Below the pieces are notes generated by a model. It did no database searches and was not told the DNA's origin. It worked only from the letters and a program-made list of their open reading frames with translations. From NCBI GenBank assembly GCA_965249725.1, contig CBDFMQ010000002.1, positions 704,001-768,000 of the forward strand: a DNA stretch of 64,000 bases, written 5' to 3'. This document shows positions 29,630 to 39,693 of the stretch, piece by piece; the first letter of the stretch is position 1; each line of letters begins with the position of its first letter. The DNA is from Longimicrobiales bacterium (GTDB lineage: Bacteria; Gemmatimonadota; Gemmatimonadetes; Longimicrobiales; Gaopeijiaceae). The position numbers and the translations under genes were made by a program.

Positions 29630-32230
29630 GTGAATCTCGACCTCTCCAAGGCTTCCTCCGATGCAGTAGTCAACGGTCCCGCCCTCCCCGAGCCGCCCGG
29701 ATCGACGTCCGACCTGCGTCTGTCCGTCCGTGCCGCCGAGATCATCCGCCAGGAGATCGAGAAGGCCGGTGGGCGTGAAGTGTGCTTTCTCGTCCAGGTC
29801 GACGAAGCGCGCGAGCTGATCGAGCCGCGGGCCGTCGCGCGCGGAAACAAGGCTGCGGTCCTCGTCGCGGCGCGCGGGGCGGACGAGGGAGGGGTCGTCA
29901 TCCACAACCATCCCTCGGGCGTGTTGGAACCCTCGGACGCGGACCTGGGCGTAGCGGCTCGACTGTATGAGGAGGGACTCGGCTCAGCGATCACGGACAA
30001 CGCCGCAGAGGGGCTCTACGTGGTCGTCGAACCGCCCGCTCCCAGGCACGTCGAGCCCCTGGACATCGAGGGGTTGGAGGGGTTGATCGGCCCTGGTGGC
30101 CCCCTGGTGGAGAAGCACCCGCGCTATGAGGATCGGCCTGGCCAACGAGCGATGCTCCGGCTGGTTGCCGAACGGTACAACTCAGGCGGAGTGGCCATCG
30201 TCGAGGCTGGCACGGGGACGGGGAAGTCGTTGGCGTATCTCATGCCGGCGGCGGCCTGGGCGCTGCAGAACGGCGAACGAACCGTCATCTCGACCAATAC
30301 GATCAATCTCCAGGAGCAGCTCGACAGCAAGGATCTTCCTCTGGTGCGGGGTCTGGTCGGCGAAGACGTCGACTGGGCGCTCGTGAAGGGGCGCGGGAAC
30401 TACATCTCGATTCGCCGGGCACGACTTGCGGCCGAGTCGGCACCGCTCCTCTTCGAGGACGACCGGGCCGACGAGCTCGACTCGCTCCTGGATTGGATCA
30501 ACGGCACCGAAGACGGCTCGCTCGCCGATCTGACGTTCGTGCCCAGTGACGACGTCTGGGACGAGGTGAGGAGCGATCCCGATATCTGCCTACGGACGCG
30601 GTGTCCGCATTTCCAGGCCTGCTTCTACCAGCGATCGAGGCGCAAGGCAGCGGCTGCGCGCCTCCTGATCGCGAATCATCACCTGCTCTTCACGGATCTT
30701 TCGGTCCGGATGGCAACGCAGAACTACACGGGGTCGGCCGTGCTTCCGGCCTATCGACATCTGATTCTGGACGAGGCGCACAACATCGAAGACGCCGCGA
30801 CGTCCCACCTGGGGCTCGAGGCGACCCGTCTGGGCATGTTCCGGCTCCTGGCACGGTTGGACCGTCGGGGTAGGGGGGTCCTTGCGGCCGTTCAGGAGTC
30901 GCTTACCGGCGCCGGCGACAAGGCGGCCGCGACCGAACTGCGGAGCCGGATCGAGGAGCGCGTACGCCCGGCTGTAGACGAGGCCCGGGCTCAACTCACA
31001 CTCTTCCTGGATGCGATGGAGCCTTTGCTGCCGATCGATGCCGCAGGGGCCGAACGCCTCGGCACGGACGGCTTTCCCGAGCCCGTGGCGCGCCCCGCAG
31101 TCCGGGAACGACTGGATGGGCTGGTAGCTGCGTTCCGGTCCCTGGAGGCCGAGGTGCGCAGCGTCCGTGAGGCGCTCGACCGAGATGAAGCGTTGTCCGA
31201 GGGTCTCCAAGGGCGCGTGCTCGATCTTCAGAGTGCGGAGCGTCGGCTGGGGGGCTCGGTGCGTGCCGTACGCACGGTACTGGATCCGGAGGAAGGCGAG
31301 GATCGGTTCGTCCGTTGGCTGGAGTGGAGGGGACGGCCGAGGAAGGGTCGGAGGAACCTCGTCATGGCGTCCGCGCCCATCGAGTTGGGCGACATGCTGC
31401 GGGAGGGCCTGTTCGAGAAGACCGACACGGTGATCCTCTCCTCGGCGACGCTGGCCACACGGGACTCGTTCGACTTCCTGCGGAGCCGGGTCGGATTGAG
31501 CTCCGAGGCACTCGAGCGATCTGAAGTAAAACAGGAAATAATAGAGGCTATCATACCGTCGCCCTTCGACTTCGAGAATCAGACCATACTGGGTGTGCCG
31601 ACGGATTTGCCCGATGTGAACTCCGCCGGAGGTGAACTCGAAGAGGCCACGGCCCGCATCGTCGCCGAGATGGCGGGGATCTCCGACGGGGGCCTGTTCG
31701 TTCTCTTCACATCGTACCGGGCCCTCCGGAGGGTGGCAGAACTGTTGCGATCGGACGGTGGGGTCCCCTGGCCGCTCTTCGTACAGGGTGAAGACGGCCG
31801 TGCGCGGCTCCTCGAGGGCTTCGTGGAGTCCGGATCGGGGATTCTGCTCGGAACGGCGTCTTTCTGGGAGGGTGTCGACGTGCCGGGCCGCCCGTTGAGA
31901 GGCCTCGTGATTCAGCGCCTGCCATTCCGGGTGCCCACGGAGCCTGTGACGGCGGCTCGCGTGGAGGCGATCGAGAAGCGCGGAGGAAACGCGTTCTGGG
32001 ATTTCGCGTTGCCCTTGGCCGCCCTCCGGCTGAAGCAGGGGTTCGGTCGCCTGGTGCGCTCCCATGACGATCGCGGCAGCGTCGTGATCCTGGACGATCG
32101 TATTCTGCGTAAACGGTATGGGGTCTACCTCCGAGACTCTCTTCCGCCGGCCCCTCTCGCCAAGGGGACGTGGGACGAGGTGGCGCGTATCCTCGCTCTG
32201 TTTCACGGAGAGGATGAGGGGCTCGAATAG
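29630..32230 (+). CDS. DinG/YoaA-family helicase with N-terminal JAB/RadC-like domain
   Basis: HNHPSG..PS..D; EAGTGTGKS, DEAH, SAT, FWEGVD, QGFGRLVR. Confidence 0.88.
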   Translation: MNLDLSKASSDAVVNGPALPEPPGSTSDLRLSVRAAEIIRQEIEKAGGREVCFLVQVDEARELIEPRAVARGNKAAVLVAARGADEGGVVIHNHPSGVLEPSDADLGVAARLYEEGLGSAITDNAAEGLYVVVEPPAPRHVEPLDIEGLEGLIGPGGPLVEKHPRYEDRPGQRAMLRLVAERYNSGGVAIVEAGTGTGKSLAYLMPAAAWALQNGERTVISTNTINLQEQLDSKDLPLVRGLVGEDVDWALVKGRGNYISIRRARLAAESAPLLFEDDRADELDSLLDWINGTEDGSLADLTFVPSDDVWDEVRSDPDICLRTRCPHFQACFYQRSRRKAAAARLLIANHHLLFTDLSVRMATQNYTGSAVLPAYRHLILDEAHNIEDAATSHLGLEATRLGMFRLLARLDRRGRGVLAAVQESLTGAGDKAAATELRSRIEERVRPAVDEARAQLTLFLDAMEPLLPIDAAGAERLGTDGFPEPVARPAVRERLDGLVAAFRSLEAEVRSVREALDRDEALSEGLQGRVLDLQSAERRLGGSVRAVRTVLDPEEGEDRFVRWLEWRGRPRKGRRNLVMASAPIELGDMLREGLFEKTDTVILSSATLATRDSFDFLRSRVGLSSEALERSEVKQEIIEAIIPSPFDFENQTILGVPTDLPDVNSAGGELEEATARIVAEMAGISDGGLFVLFTSYRALRRVAELLRSDGGVPWPLFVQGEDGRARLLEGFVESGSGILLGTASFWEGVDVPGRPLRGLVIQRLPFRVPTEPVTAARVEAIEKRGGNAFWDFALPLAALRLKQGFGRLVRSHDDRGSVVILDDRILRKRYGVYLRDSLPPAPLAKGTWDEVARILALFHGEDEGLE

Positions 32231-32350
32231 CCGCCATTGGGGACCTTGTGGGAGGCGCGGGCCGCGGTAGATTCTGCTGTCGCCCGGGCACTCCCGGCTG
32301 AGAGGCACTCCTTCGGAGGGCCTCCGGATCAACACAAAGGTGGATACGCA

Positions 32351-32551
32351 ATGACTCGCGTTCTCGGCATGCTCGCTGGTGTCGGCATTCTCGTGATGGC
32401 CGGCTTCACCCTCCAGGACTCAGCCGCCGGTTGGGCGGACGGTCACTCCGATATCGGATTTTGGTGGGCGGTCATCACCGTGTTGCTTACCATCGCCGGC
32501 TTCGGCGCCATCATCGGAACCTGGCTCCACACCCAACCGACCGAGGACTGA
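32351..32551 (+). CDS. Small two-TM hypothetical protein
   Basis: AGGTGG RBS, two hydrophobic segments. Confidence 0.6.
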   Translation: MTRVLGMLAGVGILVMAGFTLQDSAAGWADGHSDIGFWWAVITVLLTIAGFGAIIGTWLHTQPTED

Positions 32552-32555
32552 CGTC

Positions 32556-33203
32556 ATCGACACGTCAGCGTTCCCCTCGAGGCCATCCAAGATCGTTTGC
32601 ATCGGGCGCAACTATCACGCCCACGCCGCGGAGCTGGGCAACACGGTCCCCGACGAGCCCCTCATCTTCCTCAAGCCGCCCTCCAGCGTGATCGCGGCCG
32701 GAGAACCCATCGTCGTGCCCACCGGAGTGGGTAGGGTGGACTACGAGGGAGAGATCGGGATTCTGATCGGAACCACCGCCCGACATATGTCCGAGGCGGA
32801 TGCATGGAGCGTCGTGGCAGGGATTCTGCCCTTGAACGACGTGACCGCGAGGGATCTCCAGCGAAAGGACAGCCAGTGGTCCAGGGCCAAGGGGTTCGAC
32901 ACGTTCTGCGCCATCGGGGACGTGGCTCCCTGTGACCCCTCAGGGTTCCTGGATCTGGTGATCGTCACCCGGGTCAACGGGGTCGAGCGTCAGAGGGCTC
33001 CGGCCTCTCAGATGGTGTTCGACGTGCCTTCGTTGATCGCCTACATCTCCCGGATCATGACGCTGGAGCCGGGCGATGTCATCGCCACCGGGACGCCCGA
33101 GGGCATCGGTGGGTTGGAGCCGGGCGACGAAGTCGAGATCGAGATCGAGGGTGTGGGAGTGCTCCGCAACCCGGTGGTAGGGGAAGAGGACGGTGGCGCC
33201 TAA
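32556..33203 (+). CDS. Fumarylacetoacetate hydrolase family protein; probable ATC start
   Basis: PSKIVCIGRNYHAHAAELG, FLKP, DYEGE, NDVTARD, AKGFDTF, TGTPEG. Confidence 0.88.
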   Translation: MDTSAFPSRPSKIVCIGRNYHAHAAELGNTVPDEPLIFLKPPSSVIAAGEPIVVPTGVGRVDYEGEIGILIGTTARHMSEADAWSVVAGILPLNDVTARDLQRKDSQWSRAKGFDTFCAIGDVAPCDPSGFLDLVIVTRVNGVERQRAPASQMVFDVPSLIAYISRIMTLEPGDVIATGTPEGIGGLEPGDEVEIEIEGVGVLRNPVVGEEDGGA

Positions 33204-34362
33204 GAGGAGTCGCGCGTTCTTGAGCCTTCCCGGGTATCCCCTGGCCGGTATTCCCGAGAAACGTCGACGCTTGGCGGCTGAAGGGGTCGATGTCATCGAC
33301 CTGGGAGCGGGCGACGCTGATCTGGACCCGCCCCCTGCCGCCGTGGCCGGACTCGCCGAAGCAGGCGGGCAGCGTGAGATGTCTCGCTATCCATTCCAGC
33401 TCGGACTTCCCGCCTTTCGTGAGTCGGTGGCCGCCTGGATGGAGAAGCGCTTCGGCGTCCAGTTGGATCCGCTCAAAGAGCTCCTGCCCCTACTGGGCTC
33501 TAAAGAGGGAATCGCCAATCTTCCGCTGGCCTTTCTCGACCCCGGGGACGTGGCCGTGATTCCGGATCCGGGCTACCAGGCCTACCGGGGTGGCGTGATC
33601 CTGGCCGGAGGGGAGCCCCATCTGGTGCCGCTTCGCCCGGAGAACGATTTCTTGATTCCATTGGACGGGTTCTCCGAGGACGTGCGGTCCCGGATTCGCA
33701 TGCTCTATCTGAACTACCCGAACAACCCCACGGCCGGCTCGGCACCCCTCGAGTATCTGCACGACGCGGTCGAGTTCTGTCGCGAAAACGATGTCGTGTT
33801 GGTCTATGACCACGCCTACAGCGAGATCGCGTTTAACGGCTATCGGCCGCCGGGCATCTTGGAACTCGAGGGCGCACGGGACGTGGCTCTGGAGTTCCAC
33901 TCTTTCTCGAAGACCTACAACATGACGGGGTGGCGCCTCGGTTGGGTCGCGGGGGGAGCCGAACTCATCGAGTCTCTGTCGAAGGTGAAGACCTTCGTCG
34001 ATACGGGGGTCTTCAAGGCCGTTCAGGCGGCCGGAGTCGCGGCGCTCGATGCCTACGACGAGTGGGTGCCCGGCAACGTGGCTCGCTTCGAGCGTCGAAG
34101 AGACGTGGCCGTGGAGAGCCTGCGGGCGGCGGGCTTCGAGGTGACGGTGCCCAAGGCCACCATGTATCTGTGGGTTCCAGTGCCGGGAGGCGAGCCCTCG
34201 TTGGAGTTCGCGGAGCGAGCCCTGGAAGAGCAGGGGGTGGTGGTCATGCCCGGGCAGGCGCTCGGGGCAGGAGGTGAGGGGTTCTTTAGAGTGGCCCTCA
34301 CGGTCGACGAAGAACGAATCAGAGAGGCGGCGGGTCGGCTGGGAAGGCTCATTCAGGCCTGA
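33193..34362 (+). CDS. Class I/II PLP aminotransferase (LL-diaminopimelate aminotransferase-like)
   Basis: GSKEG, NYPNNPT, DHAY, SFSKTYNMTGWRLG. Confidence 0.85.
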   Translation: MAPKRSRAFLSLPGYPLAGIPEKRRRLAAEGVDVIDLGAGDADLDPPPAAVAGLAEAGGQREMSRYPFQLGLPAFRESVAAWMEKRFGVQLDPLKELLPLLGSKEGIANLPLAFLDPGDVAVIPDPGYQAYRGGVILAGGEPHLVPLRPENDFLIPLDGFSEDVRSRIRMLYLNYPNNPTAGSAPLEYLHDAVEFCRENDVVLVYDHAYSEIAFNGYRPPGILELEGARDVALEFHSFSKTYNMTGWRLGWVAGGAELIESLSKVKTFVDTGVFKAVQAAGVAALDAYDEWVPGNVARFERRRDVAVESLRAAGFEVTVPKATMYLWVPVPGGEPSLEFAERALEEQGVVVMPGQALGAGGEGFFRVALTVDEERIREAAGRLGRLIQA

Positions 34363-34416
34363 ATAGAGCGAGGGCTCCCGGAGGAACCGCCATTCCCAGG
34401 GGGTTTACTAGACCCG

Positions 34417-35289
34417 ATGACAGAGCAGCAGCCCCAGGATCAGCCGTCCAGGCACGGGTTGGTCGACAACCCCCGCGCCTCCCAGCGTCGTGCCATGGCG
34501 CTCGGATTCGGGCTGTCCATCATTCTCCATCTGTTCGTCATCATCCTGTATTCCTTGGGCCCCAGCGAGTGGGGTCCGACCGCGAACACTCTCGGGGTGG
34601 AGTCCGACTCTCGACCGTTCACGGGCATGCGTGTGGTGCAGGTGGTGGAGATCTCTCCGGAAGAAGAAGAGTCTAGCGAGGAAGAGCCGGACGCCGTCCT
34701 CGAGATCATCCCTGCGCGGGAGGTGCCCGTACAGGGACCGGAGCGGGCTGACGGGCCCTCGGATGAAGGCCCGGCCGAAGCAAGGGATGCCGGCGTCGGA
34801 GTAAGGGCCGCCGAGGTGATGAGAGTTCGGAGCTCCGACCACCGGCTGTGGCGCGCAGCCCTGCCCGAGCTCTTCGAGCTGACGGAGGCGGAGAGGCTTC
34901 AGCTGGAGCTGGCAGGGCTCCTGGAGGCCTGGCACGACTCCGTGGCGATAGCGCTCGCGTCCGAGTCGGCCCTTACCGACTGGACCATGACGGATGGCGA
35001 CGGAAACCGTTGGGGCATCTCGCAGGGCAAACTCCATCTCGGAAGCCTCACCCTGCCTCTTCCGGTGTACTTCGGCGGCAACTCGTGGCAACGGGAACGC
35101 GCTACCAGACGGGCCTGGGAGGATGCCGACATCCTCAACAATCTGAATTCACAAGCCGCGCGCGCGAGTTGGGGCGAGAGGGCCAAGGCCATCAGGGAAC
35201 GCAAGGAGAGGCAGCGCCGAGAGGCCGAGCAGCAGCCCGACTTGTTGCCCGACACTTCGCGCACCTCCGGGGGCCGACCTCCGCGTTAA
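34417..35289 (+). CDS. Hypothetical single-pass membrane protein
   Basis: TM with SxxLH (TonB-anchor-like), acidic linker, C-terminal domain DWT..DGNRWGIS. Confidence 0.65.
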   Translation: MTEQQPQDQPSRHGLVDNPRASQRRAMALGFGLSIILHLFVIILYSLGPSEWGPTANTLGVESDSRPFTGMRVVQVVEISPEEEESSEEEPDAVLEIIPAREVPVQGPERADGPSDEGPAEARDAGVGVRAAEVMRVRSSDHRLWRAALPELFELTEAERLQLELAGLLEAWHDSVAIALASESALTDWTMTDGDGNRWGISQGKLHLGSLTLPLPVYFGGNSWQRERATRRAWEDADILNNLNSQAARASWGERAKAIRERKERQRREAEQQPDLLPDTSRTSGGRPPR

Positions 35290-35365
35290 GTCCGTTCATC
35301 CCAACACATAACCCTTTTCCTCCAGGGAACGGGCCGCAATATTCAAATGTTTCCCTAGGCCCGTC

Positions 35366-36739
35366 GTGTTTTCGCTCTTCCGGGTCCGGGGCTCATTGCA
35401 GAGACGGGCATTCGTGGACGAATCGCGCTCAGATCCGGGTCGGGGCATATACGTGGGTCTCTTGGAGGCCCTCGTGCAGGTCATGGGTATGGCCAAAGGC
35501 TACCTGTCCGGTCACGGCCCCCAGGTCGCAATGCTCGCGACGCGCTTGGCCGATCACCTGCAGGTGCCGGTCCGCGAGCGGTCGGAGATCCTGTTCGCCG
35601 CGATCCTCTCGGACATTGGGATGATCGGTCTCGTAGAAGAAGCGTGGGAAAACCCCGTGCTTGTTCTGCCCCCGGCCGCCCGGGCGCGGGTCCTGGAGCA
35701 TCCGGAGCGAAGCGAGCGCAGCATCAGGCAGATCGCGCACCTCAGTTCTCTGGCGCCCCTGGTACGGCACCATCACGAGTGGTGGGACGGCACGGGCTAT
35801 CCCGACGGACTACAGGGTGAACAGATCCCGCTGGGAGCGCAGATCCTGCGCCTGGCGGACACCGCAGTGGCCCTCAGCGCGGCTCGTCCTCAGCGCGGTC
35901 CCCTGGCACAGCACGAAATCGTGGCCGCGGTCGAGGCGGGGGTCAGCGAAGAGTTCGGGCCTATGGTGGTCGAAGCGTATCTCGATCTGGCGCGAAACGG
36001 TCGGTTGCCCGACTTCCACGATACCGTGTTCCACCACGCTTGCATGGACGCGGCTTACGAGTTGATTCCCGAAGAGGTGTCGCCGCTGTCGACCGAGGAG
36101 TTCCTAGACATCGTCGCGACGCTGATCGACGCCAAGGACCCTTACACGGCCGGTCATTCGCGGCGTGTGGCGAATTTGGCGGCGGTGTTGGCCGACCGCA
36201 TGGGCATGCGTTCTCAGATTCGCACGACCACGTGGGAGGCAGGCTACCTTCACGACCTCGGTAAGGTGAGCGTACCCCTCCGAGTGCTTACGAAGGACGG
36301 CCCGCTCGACGACGAGGAAAGAGACAGCATCCAGGGCCATGCGGCCGCCGGTGCAGAGATCTTGGGAGGGATTCCAGGCCTCAGGCACCTCTCACCCGGG
36401 CTTCGCTACCATCACGAGCGCTGGGACGGTAAGGGCTATCCCGAGGGATTGTCCGGCGATCGGATTCCCATGGTCGCCCAGATCCTGGGCGTCTGTGACA
36501 CGTACGACGCGATGACGTCGGGGCGAGTGTACCGATCTGCGTGTTCACACGGCGAGACGGTCGACGAGATCTCGAAGTCGGCGGGCACGCAATTCGGCCC
36601 CAAGGTGGCGGAGCACTTCGTCAAGCTCCCGTCTCACGTCTTCGAGGATCTCTGGAGCCCCGACAAGACGCTGGAGGGGTGGCTGCAACGGACGCTCGGC
36701 AGCCGCCGCAGGTCCGTGGGGCGTTCCACCGCCAGCTGA
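35366..36739 (+). CDS. Tandem HD-GYP domain protein (cyclic dinucleotide phosphodiesterase-like); start uncertain
   Basis: Two HHExWDGxGYP motifs; DPYTAGHS and LHDLGK in domain 2. Confidence 0.85.
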   Translation: MFSLFRVRGSLQRRAFVDESRSDPGRGIYVGLLEALVQVMGMAKGYLSGHGPQVAMLATRLADHLQVPVRERSEILFAAILSDIGMIGLVEEAWENPVLVLPPAARARVLEHPERSERSIRQIAHLSSLAPLVRHHHEWWDGTGYPDGLQGEQIPLGAQILRLADTAVALSAARPQRGPLAQHEIVAAVEAGVSEEFGPMVVEAYLDLARNGRLPDFHDTVFHHACMDAAYELIPEEVSPLSTEEFLDIVATLIDAKDPYTAGHSRRVANLAAVLADRMGMRSQIRTTTWEAGYLHDLGKVSVPLRVLTKDGPLDDEERDSIQGHAAAGAEILGGIPGLRHLSPGLRYHHERWDGKGYPEGLSGDRIPMVAQILGVCDTYDAMTSGRVYRSACSHGETVDEISKSAGTQFGPKVAEHFVKLPSHVFEDLWSPDKTLEGWLQRTLGSRRRSVGRSTAS

Positions 36740-36913
36740 GCCACGGAGCCTAGCGGGGAGCCCCACCGTTGAGGCCCAGCGGCGGTCTTGGCGTGGGCCG
36801 GTACTAACCCTAAGCTAGAGTCCCGGAATCAGCGCAATCGGTCCGCTCGATTTGTACCGAACTCCTGACTCTGACACTAGCTCGACTCTCCAGACTTCCT
36901 GACAGGAGCGACC

Positions 36914-39670
36914 GTGGCCGACGCGTTGCCACCTCGCCTAGATCCGAAGACCATTGAAGGCCCGCTCTACAAACAGTGGAGTGAGCGTGGGTACTTCCAC
37001 ACCCGCCCCGCGGATGTCACCGAAGAGGGGCGGGACCCCTACGTCATCGTGATACCACCCCCGAACGTCACGGCCGTGCTGCACATGGGACATGGCCTGA
37101 ATGCTACGATCCAGGATGTGATGACGCGCTGGAGGCGCATGCAGGGTCGCGCCGCTCTCTGGGTTCCGGGCACGGATCACGCGGGCATCGCCACTCAGAA
37201 TGTCGTCGAGCGGCAGCTCGCGGCGGAGGGGACGTCCAGGCACGACTTAGGCAGGGAGGCGTTCGCCGAGCGTGTCTGGAGCTACGTAAAGGACACCGGC
37301 GGGACCATCCTCGAGCAGCTCAAAGTCCTCGGCTCGAGCTGCGATTGGGAGCGCACGCGTTTCACCTTGGACGACGGGCTCAGCGAGGCCGTTCGAGAGG
37401 TCTTCGTGCGCCTCTACGAGAAGGACCTGATCTACCGCGGTGAGTACATCATCAATTGGTGTCCCCGCTGTCTCACGGCTCTTTCTAATGAAGAGGCCGA
37501 GGGGGAGGAGATGGAGGGCCGGCTGTATCATCTCCGGTATCCGTTCGGCGAGAGTGCCGGCGGGGCGGCCCAGGCCGCCCGAGAGGCGGGGGCGGAGGCG
37601 ATCGGGCAGCTTGCAGACGGCCGGTGGTACCTCACCGTCTCGACCACCCGTCCGGAGACCATGCTCGGTGACACCGCCGTAGCCGTGAGTCCTAAGGATG
37701 AGCGTTATGCGGGATTGGTCGGTGCCGAGGTGGAGCTGCCCCTGACGTCACGCACCATCCCGATCATCTCGGATGAACACGTCGATCCCGAATTCGGGTC
37801 CGGCATGGTGAAGGTCACACCCGCTCACGACCCCAACGACTTCGAGATGGCTCAGCGCTCGGGGATTCCGCTGCTCGACATCATGACCCCCGACGCCCAG
37901 ATGAACGAGAACGCCCCGGAGGCCTATCGCGGTCTGGATCGGTTCGACGCCCGGAAGAAGGTGCTCGCGGACCTCGATGCGCCGGGGCTCGCCGGAGGCG
38001 AGGATCCGTATCCCCATACCGTTCCGCATTGCTACCGCTGCCACACGGTGGTGGAACCGCGCCTGAGCCTGCAGTGGTTCGTACGGATGAAGCCCCTTGC
38101 CGAGCCCGCGCTTCAGGCTTCTCGCGACGGCACCGTCACGTTCACCCCGACGCACTGGAAGAAGGTCTACGAGAACTGGATGGAGAACATCCGGGACTGG
38201 TGCATCTCCCGACAGCTCTGGTGGGGTCACCGGATTCCGGTGTGGTACTGTGGTGACTGTGAGGCAACGACTGTCGCCCGGCAGGACCCCGACCAGTGCG
38301 GGAGTTGCGGCGGAACGGACCTGACCCAGGACCCGGACGTGCTGGACACGTGGTTTTCGTCCTGGCTGTGGCCCTTTTCGGTCTTCGGTTGGCCCGAGGA
38401 GACCGACGACCTGAAGGCGTTCTATCCCACGCACGACATGACCACGGCACCCGAGATCCTCTTCTTCTGGGTGGCCCGCATGATCATGGCCGGGTACGAG
38501 TTCATGGGAGAGACACCCTTCACCCGGGTGTACCTGCACGGGACGGTGCGAGACAAGCAGGGTCGGAAGATGTCGAAGTCCTTGGGCAACGGCATCGATC
38601 CCCTCGAGGTGGCTGATCTGTTCGGTGCGGACGCGCTGCGTTTCACGCTGCTCTCGTCCGCGGGGATCGGGACCGACATCTATCTGGATCCGGAGGACCT
38701 GGAGGCGTCGTTCTCTCCCGGTCGCAATTTTGCCAACAAACTCTGGAATGCCGGGCGGTTCGCACTCATGAGCCTCGGAGAGGATCCCGTGCCGGCGCTG
38801 TCGTCGGTAGAGGCCGCCCTGGAACTCGAGGACCGCTGGATTCTCTCCCGTCTCCAACGGGCGGGCGGCGACGTGACCGAGGACCTGGACCGCTTCCGAC
38901 TCCACGAAGTGTCGGACCGGCTCTACCACTTCGTGTGGGGGGACTTCGCAGACTGGTACCTGGAGTTGATCAAACCGCGCATGCAGGGCGCGTCGGGAGA
39001 CGAGAGCCTGCAGGCTGCCCGCGCCACGCTCGTTGCGGTGCTGGACGGCATTTGTCGACTGCTTCATCCCCTCACGCCCTTCGTGACGTCCGCGCTCTGG
39101 GATCGACTTCCGTCGCCGGAAGGGGCCGAGCGTGCCGAGGCCCTCATGGTTGCCCAATGGCCCGAAGTGGACGAGGCGTTCCTCAATGCGGAAGCAGAGA
39201 CGCGAATCGGAGAGCTTCAAGAGCTGATCACGCAGGTGCGGAGTCTCCGCAAAGAGTACGGTGTGGCGGAGGGAACCCAGGTCACCGTGAAGCTGACCGG
39301 TCTAAGGGACGGATTCCGCACGATGGTCGAAGAACAGGGAACCGCTCTGAAGCGGTTGGCCCGGGTGGGTGTTTGCGAGGTGGACAGCCCCGCCGAGGGC
39401 GTCGGAGCCCACGCGGTTCTGAAGAACGGCGGGGAGGTGTTCGTGCCTCTCGACGGAGTCATTGACATTGAGCGAGAGCGGCAGCGGCTCCAGGCAGAGA
39501 TCCAGCGTCTCGGGGGGCAACTGGACGGATCGCGGAAGAGGATGGCCAACGAGAAGTTCGTTCAGCAAGCCCCCGAAGAGGTCGTCGAGCGTGAGCGCGA
39601 GAAGGCCCGCAGCTTCGAGGAGCAGCTCGACAAGCTCACGAGCAAGCTCGCGACCCTCGCCGACGGCTGA
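36914..39670 (+). CDS. valS: Valine--tRNA ligase
   Basis: PPPNVT..HMGH, DWCISRQLWWGH, KMSKS, C-terminal coiled coil. Confidence 0.96.
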   Translation: MADALPPRLDPKTIEGPLYKQWSERGYFHTRPADVTEEGRDPYVIVIPPPNVTAVLHMGHGLNATIQDVMTRWRRMQGRAALWVPGTDHAGIATQNVVERQLAAEGTSRHDLGREAFAERVWSYVKDTGGTILEQLKVLGSSCDWERTRFTLDDGLSEAVREVFVRLYEKDLIYRGEYIINWCPRCLTALSNEEAEGEEMEGRLYHLRYPFGESAGGAAQAAREAGAEAIGQLADGRWYLTVSTTRPETMLGDTAVAVSPKDERYAGLVGAEVELPLTSRTIPIISDEHVDPEFGSGMVKVTPAHDPNDFEMAQRSGIPLLDIMTPDAQMNENAPEAYRGLDRFDARKKVLADLDAPGLAGGEDPYPHTVPHCYRCHTVVEPRLSLQWFVRMKPLAEPALQASRDGTVTFTPTHWKKVYENWMENIRDWCISRQLWWGHRIPVWYCGDCEATTVARQDPDQCGSCGGTDLTQDPDVLDTWFSSWLWPFSVFGWPEETDDLKAFYPTHDMTTAPEILFFWVARMIMAGYEFMGETPFTRVYLHGTVRDKQGRKMSKSLGNGIDPLEVADLFGADALRFTLLSSAGIGTDIYLDPEDLEASFSPGRNFANKLWNAGRFALMSLGEDPVPALSSVEAALELEDRWILSRLQRAGGDVTEDLDRFRLHEVSDRLYHFVWGDFADWYLELIKPRMQGASGDESLQAARATLVAVLDGICRLLHPLTPFVTSALWDRLPSPEGAERAEALMVAQWPEVDEAFLNAEAETRIGELQELITQVRSLRKEYGVAEGTQVTVKLTGLRDGFRTMVEEQGTALKRLARVGVCEVDSPAEGVGAHAVLKNGGEVFVPLDGVIDIERERQRLQAEIQRLGGQLDGSRKRMANEKFVQQAPEEVVEREREKARSFEEQLDKLTSKLATLADG

Positions 39671-39693
39671 GCGACCGACCGGCGTCCGTGCCC

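Noticed and set aside
657..39220. Long antisense ORFs (e.g. 657-2003, 6523-7956, 26569-28185, 30590-32335, 37748-39220)
   Set aside because: Typical high-GC shadows of well-supported plus-strand genes, with no recognisable motifs.
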